From IMG/VR virus record IMGVR_UViG_3300036825_000141, positions 1-33,087 of that record: a DNA stretch of 33,087 nt; one strand, written 5' to 3'. How positions within the stretch are numbered: the stretch's first letter is position 1; the number at the start of each line of letters is the position of its first letter. The notes under the pieces were generated by a model that was given only the letters and a program-made list of their open reading frames with translations, was not told where the DNA came from and did no database searches. The DNA comes from a virus (Duplodnaviria; Caudoviricetes). Shown here in pieces: positions 1-7,984 of the stretch. The position numbers and the translations under genes are program-made.

Positions 1-675
1 ATGGCTAATTTCACTTTTTCGCATGAAGATATAGAATTAGTAAAAAACAGCATTAGTAAAGGACATAACTCATGGAAAGATGACTGTTTGTATCAGTTGA
101 AAAGTAGAATCAAAGAGCATCTTAAAGACAGGCAAGCACATGTTTGCTGTTATTGCTTGAGGAGTTTTCATGGTGAATTTAACTTCGTTATAGATATTGA
201 GCACATTCTACCCAAGCACAAATTTAAAGAACACATGTTTACCCTTGATAACCTAGCGGCTTCATGTAAAAGATGTAATATGAAGATGAAGGGGAGAAGA
301 ATTGACTTTATAGTTGATCATGAAAATATAAAAACATCTCCTTTCGCAAGGGAGAACTACCTATTAATACATCCTAACAGTGATTGTTTCGAAGAACATA
401 TTGATTATACCCACTCGCAGATAGGTCGGAAAATATCTGTGTTTTATCACGTCAAAAATAATAGCCCCAAAGGCTTATATAGCTATAACTTCTTTAGACT
501 TGACAAGTTAACAATAAATAACTTTGATGAAGCACAAGGTTTAACAGTTGAAGATGAAGACTTTTTTGATGGTAATCCCGAGGACGACGATATTGAAGAC
601 GATGATGAACAGCCAAAATCATTAAACATTGAGGATGCAATTGAACTTTTGGCGATAATTAACAACCAAATTTAA
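1..675 (+). CDS. HNH endonuclease, PtuB/Septu-like, with acidic C-terminal tail (cargo gene)
   Basis: C49-x2-C52, DIEH68ILPK, N84LAASC89KRC92N93 HNH/zinc motifs, downstream LIHPxxDxFEEHI motif typical of PtuB-like HNH proteins; AT-rich; convergent with ogr. Upstream context lies outside the window. Confidence 0.8.
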   Translation: MANFTFSHEDIELVKNSISKGHNSWKDDCLYQLKSRIKEHLKDRQAHVCCYCLRSFHGEFNFVIDIEHILPKHKFKEHMFTLDNLAASCKRCNMKMKGRRIDFIVDHENIKTSPFARENYLLIHPNSDCFEEHIDYTHSQIGRKISVFYHVKNNSPKGLYSYNFFRLDKLTINNFDEAQGLTVEDEDFFDGNPEDDDIEDDDEQPKSLNIEDAIELLAIINNQI

Positions 676-711
676 CTGAGGCATATTTCCATTTATTTTT
701 AACAAATATGA

Positions 712-758
712 AAAATTGCATCTTAAACGATCAATATTTATATCTAAGATGCAATTTT
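712..758. repeat. 14-bp perfect inverted repeat between convergent HNH gene and ogr (possible bidirectional terminator)
   Basis: AAAATTGCATCTTA (712-725) and TAAGATGCAATTTT (745-758), 19-nt spacer. Confidence 0.55.
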
Positions 759-831
759 GATATCGATAACTATAATATTCAAACTTACACTTTATAAGTT
801 ATAAATGCTGCTTATAAGGCGTTCTCGTTAA

Positions 832-1053
832 TCACATCCAGTGGATCTGCTGCTGACCTGAAGTTGTTGGATGTGCCGGCGCTGGCACGACCTCACCCGG
901 TGAAACGATAAAACGCTCGACCGTCTCAGTGGTGACAAACGTGCAACTGCAGTTGATGTTTGTGCACTGATGATAGCGCTCTTTGGTTGTGTCAGAGAAA
1001 TAGCGACTAGTGCGAGCGTGAGCGGCAAAATGGCATTTAGGGCAGTGAAACAT
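832..1053 (-). CDS. ogr: Ogr/Delta zinc-finger late transcription activator
   Basis: MFHCPKCH...RTSRY...ERYHQCTNINCSCTFVT (C4 zinc finger); ATG at 1053 with GAGGT RBS; position downstream of D. Confidence 0.95.
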   Translation of the reverse strand: MFHCPKCHFAAHARTSRYFSDTTKERYHQCTNINCSCTFVTTETVERFIVSPGEVVPAPAHPTTSGQQQIHWM

Positions 1054-1129
1054 GGCGAGCACCTCTTTTAATAACCGATGCGCTAATTTTAACCAATAGA
1101 TCGTTATATATCAAACACATAAAGCAAAC

Positions 1130-2299
1130 CTATTGTGCTATTTCTTCACTCTCATACTCAACATCCGAGACCTTCACCTCAAGCTCTAAGCCCGTCGTGT
1201 AGCCGTTCCCGTTAAGGTTATGCACCACCCGGCTGATTATCCACGCCTGCTCGTCGATGACGCGCTTAAAGCCTTTCACAGCCACCGGCGTTTCAGGAAA
1301 TAAATCCGCCCGGCCAGTGGCGAGCATAATCGAAAACTCCGCCACACCACGCTGTATCTTGTCCCACTTCGCCTGAGCGGCGCGCATTGCCTGCGCCTTT
1401 GTCGCAAAGATGGTCGTCAGCTCCAGCACATTGTCAGATTCACCGGCCATATACTCACCCTCGCGCGCTTCCTGCTCCTTTTTCGCCTGGCTCTTTGCCG
1501 GTGCTTTAACGGCTTTCGGGTGCTGCAGCGCGCGCAGGTGCTGCATCTTTGGCTTACGTTTGAGTTTCACCTTTTGCTTTAGTGGTTTCGGGTCTTTGGT
1601 ATGCAGCCATTTCGCCGTCACGCCGGTGTACGCCTCGCGGTCAGCAATGGCGAACTGATGCCGGTCTCCGTCGCCGCGCTCAACGGTCATTTGTGGAATG
1701 TGCTTGCCGCTGGCCGTCATCCCGCTACCCGCTTTCATGAATAACAATTTTCCGTATTTCACTGAAACAGATGCGCCGTTACGATCCGCCAGCCGTGCGA
1801 GAAACGCCGCGTCGGATTCCTGCGACTGGTCGATATGCGGCACAGCAATTGCTTTCAGGGTGTCAGCCACGTTGGCCGTGAGCTTGTTACGCTGCGCGAT
1901 GGTCTCCACAATCACCCCGAGCGTGGTGTCATGCCATGACTGCTCCCGGCGAGAGTTGAGCGTCCCGCGAAAATCTGCACTGCGCCCCCGGATAGTCAGC
2001 GTATCGGGCGCGCCCCGGTGCTCGATTTCATCGACCGTAAAGCTCCCCTTGTTCAGCAGCGCGGAGCCCTGCCAGCCCAGCCACAGCGTCAGCGATGCGC
2101 CACGCGGTGGCAGCTCGACCAGCCCGTCGGCATCGTCGAGCTCGATATCGAGCTGGTCTGCCTCGAATCCGCGATTGTCCGTCATGGTCAGGCTGATGAG
2201 CCGGTCGCTGAAATTCTGCGTGATATCCGAGCCATCGAGCGTGAGCATATACGCGGGAGCAATGCGCGCCCCGGCCTGCACGTTCATCCCCGTTATCAT
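1130..2299 (-). CDS. D: P2 gpD baseplate hub / late control D protein
   Basis: DNRGFEADQLDIELDDADG, IEHRGAPD, HIDQSQESDAAFL motifs; synteny U-D-ogr. Confidence 0.93.
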   Translation of the reverse strand: MITGMNVQAGARIAPAYMLTLDGSDITQNFSDRLISLTMTDNRGFEADQLDIELDDADGLVELPPRGASLTLWLGWQGSALLNKGSFTVDEIEHRGAPDTLTIRGRSADFRGTLNSRREQSWHDTTLGVIVETIAQRNKLTANVADTLKAIAVPHIDQSQESDAAFLARLADRNGASVSVKYGKLLFMKAGSGMTASGKHIPQMTVERGDGDRHQFAIADREAYTGVTAKWLHTKDPKPLKQKVKLKRKPKMQHLRALQHPKAVKAPAKSQAKKEQEAREGEYMAGESDNVLELTTIFATKAQAMRAAQAKWDKIQRGVAEFSIMLATGRADLFPETPVAVKGFKRVIDEQAWIISRVVHNLNGNGYTTGLELEVKVSDVEYESEEIAQ

Positions 2300-2760
2300 C
2301 CCGCCAGCCCTCCGAGCCAGTTACCGGCAGACGTGACCAGACTGTCAGCCTGCGTTTTCAGATCGCCATAAATGGCCGAGAGCGAATCGTCGACGCGTTT
2401 CAGCGATAGGCTGAAATCGATTTTGCGCGCCTGGCCATCGCTGAAAAGCTCGGTGTGGGTATGGGTCACTTTCTCAATGACATACATCCCGAGGATCATG
2501 CCCGTCCCGTCAATCAGCGGCCACGCCCTGCCCTCATCGGCCATCAACTCGACCGCTGTCAGCGACAGGCGACCGCCGGTGATTTCAGGGTAAAGCGTGC
2601 CCGACAGGATGCGGGAGGTCTCCCCCTTCCCGAGAAACTGATACGCCGGTGGCTTGCCGATGCGGTCGTTTGACGCCCAGCGGTAATCCTTCGAATACTG
2701 CATCGACTGATACGGCAGGGTGTGCCGTTCAAACACAAAAAAACCGAGCACCATTAACAT
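2296..2760 (-). CDS. U: P2 gpU tail tube initiator
   Basis: MLMVLGFFVF...LSGTLYPEITGGRLSL...GRAWPLIDGTG; between T and D. Confidence 0.92.
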   Translation of the reverse strand: MLMVLGFFVFERHTLPYQSMQYSKDYRWASNDRIGKPPAYQFLGKGETSRILSGTLYPEITGGRLSLTAVELMADEGRAWPLIDGTGMILGMYVIEKVTHTHTELFSDGQARKIDFSLSLKRVDDSLSAIYGDLKTQADSLVTSAGNWLGGLAG

Positions 2761-2774
2761 GCTTTCCTCCTCCC

Positions 2775-5222
2775 TTAATCGTGTCTCATGCTGGATCTCT
2801 GGCGCGCACGTTTCTCACGGTCGATCTTCTCGACGGCGTCGCGCAGCTGACGGTCGAGGTCGCTGCCCGGCGCAGCGCCGCCCTGCAGGGTGATGTTGTA
2901 TTCGCTTTTACTCTGGTCGATGTAAGACCGGCCAGCGGGAGCTGTCACCGGTTGATATGCCTGATAGCCACCATATGCAGAGGTTGCCGGGATATAAGAC
3001 CCGTTCTGCGCACCGGCTGCTGTACCGGATTTCGTTGCCGCCTGGTCGATGTCGCCCGACTCTTTTTTGATAACCCCGAGCTTTTCCAGTAGCCAGTCAA
3101 CCTTTCCACCGAGGAAGTTAAAGAGTTTGACGGGTGCCATCAGCGCATTGGCAAAGTCTTGACCAAACTGCACCCCGATATTTTTGCAGCGGTCGAGCGA
3201 TTCCTGCGTCGCCTTTACCGGCGCAATCAGATTAGTGAACCAATGCCAGATATCGCGCAGCTTGCCCGTCACGGCGTCAAATACCGGTATAAGCGGCGAG
3301 AACATTTCATTTAATGGCGCGATGACTGCTTTCAGCCCTTCACCGACACCCGAGAAAAATGCGCCCAGCGGCTCCCAGTATTTTCGGATCAAGAGCGCAC
3401 CGGCCACCACGGCAGCGACCACAGCAACCACCGGCAGACTTATTGCACCTAATGCCGCAACAATGGCACTCCCTGCAGTGCTGAAAACAACACTCAGGAC
3501 ACCTGCTGCAGCGATAATCCCGTTAATCCCGGCAATGACCGGCCATGCAATCAGACCAATCCCGCCCAGCACACCGACCAGTGCCAGCGCACCGGCAGTC
3601 ACACTGAAAATGGTCTGCGTCAGCTCAGGATTTGCTTTCGCCCAGGCGGCAACCTTCCCGAGCATATCGGTCGCGGAAACCGTCAGGCGGCGCAGCGCGG
3701 AGTTTTCTTTATCGAATACCTCAATCTGCAAATCTTCATAAGCTGACTGCAGGTTTTTCAAATCGCCGTCGAGGTTGTCGGTCTGGATTTTGGCTATCCG
3801 TTCAGTGGTTCCCTTTGAATCCCCGATTTGCTGGCGCTTGCTGGCGAGTGAGCCATCACCGGCAGCGGCGACAAGTTTAATCGCCCCCTTCATCGCCTCC
3901 TCACCAAAGATAACTTTCAGGTATTCGCCCTGCTCCGCCGTGCCGAGCTTGTTTTTCGTAAAGGACTTGTGAATATCTTTGAGGATTTTCTCGACCGGCA
4001 GCATGTTCCCTTTGCCGTCGCGGGTTTTCACGCCTAACTCAGAAATAGCATCAACAGCTTTACCCATCGGTGCCTGCAGACGGTTGAAAATAGCACTCGC
4101 CCCGGTCCCGGCCATCGAGCCTTTAATCCCGTTATCCGCCAGAATGCCGAGCATAGCTGTCGTATCTTCAATGCTCGCTCCGGCCGCTTCCGCAATAGGC
4201 GCGACATATTTCATCGCCTCGCCCAGCTCGACAAGGCCGGTATTGGATGACGTAAAGCCTTTGGTCATCACATCCGCGACGCGCTCAATCTCGGTCGTCG
4301 ACAGGTTAAATGCTGATTGCATGTTGGTAATGATGTCGGCGGCTTCGGCAATATCGACATCCGCCGCAAGGCTCAGGTTAACGGTCGAACCGGTCGCCGC
4401 GAGCACATCGTCGGCGTTATAGCCCGAGCGTGCGAGCGTGGTCTGCGTGCGCGCCACGTCACCCGGTGAAAAGGCGGTGGTTGCACCGATATCACGCGCC
4501 TGTTTGCGAATGGCCGCGAGTTTATCGTCGCCCTTATCAAGCCCGAGGATCGCCTGCGTGCCTGACATCTGTTTATCGAAACCGATGCCCGGCGCGATAA
4601 ACCGTGATGCGCCATAAAGCCCGGCGGTCGCCACCCCTACGCCGACCATCCCGGCATTACGCGCACCGCCGGCGAGCTGCTGCCCGGATTCATAACGTTT
4701 TTTGACCGCACTCAGTCTGGCCTGCTGCTGACTGACCCGCGCCAGCGCGTCACGCTGACGGTTAAGCTGCGCAGTTGTCTCGCTGATACTGCCTTTCAGG
4801 CGGCGCTCATCGGCTGACAGGGTACGGGTGTTAATCCCCGCCTGCGCTAGCTCGGTGCGCTGACGGTGTACCGACTGGCGCAGGCCGTTATATTTGAGCT
4901 GCAGGTCAGCGGCGGATTTCTTCGCAGCTTCCAGTGCGCGCGCCTGTGCGAGTGTCGGGGTCTGGGTGTTTTTAAACTGCACGGCCAGCGCCGCCGCTTC
5001 CTGTTTTGCTTTTTGCAGTGACTGCCCGGTGACGGCAAGCTGTGCGCTGGCTTTCCTGAATCCCTCAATTCGGGACGCCTGCGCGTTTAGCTCGCGCAGG
5101 CTTTTCTGTGAAGTGCGGATGTCGCCAGACAGGGATTTGCTGACGTTCTGAATAGCCTTAAGCGGTCGGCTTGCCCGGTCGACTGCGTTCAGCAGCACCT
5201 CAAGTCTGACGTTATTGCTCAT
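2775..5222 (-). CDS. T: Tail tape measure protein gpT
   Basis: 815 aa Ala-rich helical protein, MSNNVRLEVLLNAVDRASRP start, TP901-type core (KYVAPIA, GIKGSMAGT), hydrophobic stretch ~aa 540-615; follows E/E'. Confidence 0.95.
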   Translation of the reverse strand: MSNNVRLEVLLNAVDRASRPLKAIQNVSKSLSGDIRTSQKSLRELNAQASRIEGFRKASAQLAVTGQSLQKAKQEAAALAVQFKNTQTPTLAQARALEAAKKSAADLQLKYNGLRQSVHRQRTELAQAGINTRTLSADERRLKGSISETTAQLNRQRDALARVSQQQARLSAVKKRYESGQQLAGGARNAGMVGVGVATAGLYGASRFIAPGIGFDKQMSGTQAILGLDKGDDKLAAIRKQARDIGATTAFSPGDVARTQTTLARSGYNADDVLAATGSTVNLSLAADVDIAEAADIITNMQSAFNLSTTEIERVADVMTKGFTSSNTGLVELGEAMKYVAPIAEAAGASIEDTTAMLGILADNGIKGSMAGTGASAIFNRLQAPMGKAVDAISELGVKTRDGKGNMLPVEKILKDIHKSFTKNKLGTAEQGEYLKVIFGEEAMKGAIKLVAAAGDGSLASKRQQIGDSKGTTERIAKIQTDNLDGDLKNLQSAYEDLQIEVFDKENSALRRLTVSATDMLGKVAAWAKANPELTQTIFSVTAGALALVGVLGGIGLIAWPVIAGINGIIAAAGVLSVVFSTAGSAIVAALGAISLPVVAVVAAVVAGALLIRKYWEPLGAFFSGVGEGLKAVIAPLNEMFSPLIPVFDAVTGKLRDIWHWFTNLIAPVKATQESLDRCKNIGVQFGQDFANALMAPVKLFNFLGGKVDWLLEKLGVIKKESGDIDQAATKSGTAAGAQNGSYIPATSAYGGYQAYQPVTAPAGRSYIDQSKSEYNITLQGGAAPGSDLDRQLRDAVEKIDREKRARQRSSMRHD

Positions 5223-5660
5223 GGTGGTTTCCGCTACGTTGCAGCGCTTTCTCGCGCCATGTGAAGAGTTCGGTCACGCTCAGTGAATTCAGCTCTGATG
5301 GCGGCCAGTGAAATATCACCGCGATATCCGCCATCAGATCATCGACCGACAGGTTTTCGGGAAACTCTAGCGTTCCGCAGCAGGTGATAAAAAACCGACC
5401 ACCTTACCGGCGAGCGAGATCAGGTCGGACAAATCCAGGCGCGCGACCTCGTGCTCAGTCAGCGCGGGATAGGTCATGCGCGGCAGCACCTTAATCAGGG
5501 CATCGACGTCAGAATTTGCCAGTGCCGCCAGCGACACACCGCGCAGGGTTCCCGCGTTGGGTTTGGTCAGGGTGATTTGCTCGATTTTCTGCTCGCCACG
5601 CATCAGCGGGGTATCGAGGGTAACGACGTTCGGGTTTTCGGTTTCATTGGTGTTTTTCAT
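5212..5660 (-). CDS. E+E': gpE+E' tail assembly chaperone produced by -1 ribosomal frameshift
   Basis: Slippery T TTT TTA at 5388-5394 (minus strand) near end of E; -1 frame reads ...LEFPENLSVDDLMADIAVIFHWPPSELNSLSVTELFTWREKALQRSGNHHEQ* ending at 5212 and overlapping the T start. Confidence 0.88.
5367..5660 (-). CDS. E: gpE tail assembly chaperone
   Basis: VTLDTPLMRGEQKI...KPNAGTLRGVSL...IKVLPRMT; downstream of FII. Confidence 0.92.
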   Translation of the reverse strand: MKNTNETENPNVVTLDTPLMRGEQKIEQITLTKPNAGTLRGVSLAALANSDVDALIKVLPRMTYPALTEHEVARLDLSDLISLAGKVVGFLSPAAER

Positions 5661-5715
5661 GTTTGTCTCTCAGCAAAGTGAAGTGACCGGCCAGGCTGAC
5701 TGACCGGGTCAGAGG

Positions 5716-6234
5716 TTACAGGCCAATCGCCCTGCGGTGCTCTGCCAGACGGTCGACGCCATCGACTTTCAGCACCATGTTGATGACGTCAATCTCGATG
5801 ACTTCCCGGCCATCGATGGTGAGCTGGTAATAGGCGCACTCGGTTGACATTTTGGTCGTCCCGCTTTCCCCCTGTTTGTTCTCGCCGCCGTCGTACTCTT
5901 TGTGACGGCCACGCATCACCACGTCAACGGCAGAGATTGCGCCGGTGTCATCGCGCTGATACGAGCCGGTAAAACGCAGCGGCACGCTGTCAGCTCCCGG
6001 CGAGGCGTACTGCGCCCACAGCTCGACGTCAGGCAGACCGCCGAGCGTCCACTCCAGCGACAGCGCATCGTCATCGAGGCCGAGGTCAATCGACACCGAG
6101 CCCGGCATCCCGCCGCCCCGGTATTTCTCCAGCTTGCGGGTCAGCTTCGGCAGGGTGACGGATTCTACGACGCCCATGTAGCTAAGCCCATCGTTGAACA
6201 TGTTCAGATATTTAAGCTTGCGGGGTAATGCCAT
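5716..6234 (-). CDS. FII: Major tail tube protein FII
   Basis: MALPRKLKYLNMFNDG...LPKLTRKLEKYRGGGM; 172 aa. Confidence 0.96.
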   Translation of the reverse strand: MALPRKLKYLNMFNDGLSYMGVVESVTLPKLTRKLEKYRGGGMPGSVSIDLGLDDDALSLEWTLGGLPDVELWAQYASPGADSVPLRFTGSYQRDDTGAISAVDVVMRGRHKEYDGGENKQGESGTTKMSTECAYYQLTIDGREVIEIDVINMVLKVDGVDRLAEHRRAIGL

Positions 6235-6246
6235 GCTTTCAGCTCC

Positions 6247-7440
6247 TTAGCTGTTAACCGATTCCGACAGGTTCGCCAGATAGGTATCGGTGATGCGCTG
6301 GCGCAGGGTGAGTTTTTCCAGCGGCGGGACGGGAGTGTAGTCGTAATCGATATACAGTTTCCCCACTTTCAGGGTCGCGGTGTCGTTCGAGTCGGTGTCG
6401 TACCAGCAGGAGCCATCGACGATATAGCCGTTGTTTTTCAGCTCGCGGAATTTGGCATTGATACCGGCGACGATGTCGCGGATAAGCGTCGGGGTGATGG
6501 GTTTATCCATCGCCCACGCGTGCGCCTCCGCCATCGTGTCGGCCAGCACCTGCGCGGTGCGGGTGTAGTTCTCAAACAGGAAAAGCGGATCATCCGAGCA
6601 GGTGCGGTTGCCCCAGAACTTAAAGCCGTCATTGCGGATAAGCGTCGTGACACCGGCCTGATTGAGCAGGTTGGCGTCGGTCGCAGGCTCCTGCAAATCC
6701 CATGACACCGAGGCGCTAACACCGGTGACGCCATTCACGCCGACGTTAGACAGGGTTTTGTGCCAGCCGACCGTCTGGTCGATTTTGGCTCGTAGCCCAA
6801 GCGCGCGCGCCGTCGCCCAGGCGTTTGTCGTGGCGTTCGCCGTGGTGTCCCATGCCAGAAAATCAGGGAAGATCACCATCAACTCGCGCTGGCTGAAATT
6901 CTCGCGATAGTCGATGGCGTCAGAAATGGTTTTGCAGCCCCACGCGCTGACATAGCCGAAGGCGCGCAGGCTCTGACAGGTGGAGGCTAGCGCGGTCGCC
7001 ACTTCCTGCGAATCCAGCCCCGGCACGCCGAGAATGCGCGGCTTAACGCCGGTGACGGTTTTCGCGGTCAGCAGCGCTTTCAGCCCGGTATATTTCCCGT
7101 TTTCGTCGGTGGTGCCGATGATGTTGGAAAGGGTTTGTTTCTGCGCCGCATCAGGGTCATCGGGGTTTTCGACACCTTCGGCCACACGCACGACCACAAT
7201 GACCGGTTTGCACTGGTCAGCGATAGCCTGCAGGGACGCCGACAGCGTGCCGGTTTTGCCTGCCTTGCTGATGGCGCTTTGGACGTTGGTAATGAGCACA
7301 GGCTCGTTAAGAGGGAACACTTTTTTGTCAGCATCGCTGGCCGTGCAGACCATGCCGATGATGGCCGTTGAGACGGTGGAAATGGTGCGCACGCCATCGT
7401 TGATCTCGATGACCTGCACGCCGTGATGATAGTCGCCCAT
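6247..7440 (-). CDS. FI: Tail sheath protein FI
   Basis: MGDYHHGVQVIEINDG...KPRILGVPGLD...GWHKTLSNV...FWGNRT; 397 aa. Confidence 0.96.
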   Translation of the reverse strand: MGDYHHGVQVIEINDGVRTISTVSTAIIGMVCTASDADKKVFPLNEPVLITNVQSAISKAGKTGTLSASLQAIADQCKPVIVVVRVAEGVENPDDPDAAQKQTLSNIIGTTDENGKYTGLKALLTAKTVTGVKPRILGVPGLDSQEVATALASTCQSLRAFGYVSAWGCKTISDAIDYRENFSQRELMVIFPDFLAWDTTANATTNAWATARALGLRAKIDQTVGWHKTLSNVGVNGVTGVSASVSWDLQEPATDANLLNQAGVTTLIRNDGFKFWGNRTCSDDPLFLFENYTRTAQVLADTMAEAHAWAMDKPITPTLIRDIVAGINAKFRELKNNGYIVDGSCWYDTDSNDTATLKVGKLYIDYDYTPVPPLEKLTLRQRITDTYLANLSESVNS

Positions 7441-7510
7441 CCGTTAAACTCCGTGGTGAAGTGGAGCGACTATTTTCTGTTGCGCGCGAGTCTGGTGCGA
7501 TGCAATGGCG

Positions 7511-7530
7511 TTGGCGGGGGTATGACACAA
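7511..7530 (-). promoter_or_regulatory. Putative Ogr-binding site of late promoter pF
   Basis: Minus strand TTGT-GTCATACCCCCG-CCAA, a variant of the TGT-N12-ACA Ogr site, upstream of FI; resembles the site upstream of V. Confidence 0.6.
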
Positions 7531-7535
7531 CCAGC

Positions 7536-7559
7536 AAAAAGCCCTCCGGGTGGAGGGCT
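7536..7559 (-). terminator. Rho-independent terminator of the V-W-J-I-H-G operon
   Basis: GC stem GCCCTCC/GGAGGGC with 4-nt loop, followed on minus strand by a T run (7536-7540), immediately after the chaperone stop. Confidence 0.8.
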
Positions 7560-7564
7560 CTGGT

Positions 7565-7984
7565 TTAACGGGTCATTTGCGGCCAGTCGACCTGACTCGT
7601 CACGGATGCCGTATCAATACTTTCAACCTCATTGATGTAATCCAGTACAGCGGCAAGTGTGACTGACTCAGACTCACTGAGGGCGCGACCGGCCTGCAGC
7701 TTGAGCTGAATCACACTCACGGACTGCATCGCATCGCTGATAATTTGTTGCTTCTGCAGCTCCGCCATTGCCGGATAATCAGGCTCGATGGCTTTCAGTA
7801 CCGGCTTACCCTGCTCATTCGGCACAATAGCCTTACCTTTGGTCTGCCCGTCGATTAAATGCTGATACCAGAGGTCAGAAATAGCGACCGCGTCAGCAGG
7901 CCAGCCTGCAGCCGCCTCAAAAGCAGGACGATCCCCTTCATACAGAAAACCGCCAATTCCTGCACTGTAATAATATCCGTTCAT
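7565..7984 (-). CDS. Tail fibre assembly chaperone (gpG/Tfa-like)
   Basis: YYSAGIGGF...WPADAVAIS...GKAIVPNEQGKPVL...C-terminal DWP motif; directly after tail fibre. Confidence 0.85.
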   Translation of the reverse strand: MNGYYYSAGIGGFLYEGDRPAFEAAAGWPADAVAISDLWYQHLIDGQTKGKAIVPNEQGKPVLKAIEPDYPAMAELQKQQIISDAMQSVSVIQLKLQAGRALSESESVTLAAVLDYINEVESIDTASVTSQVDWPQMTR

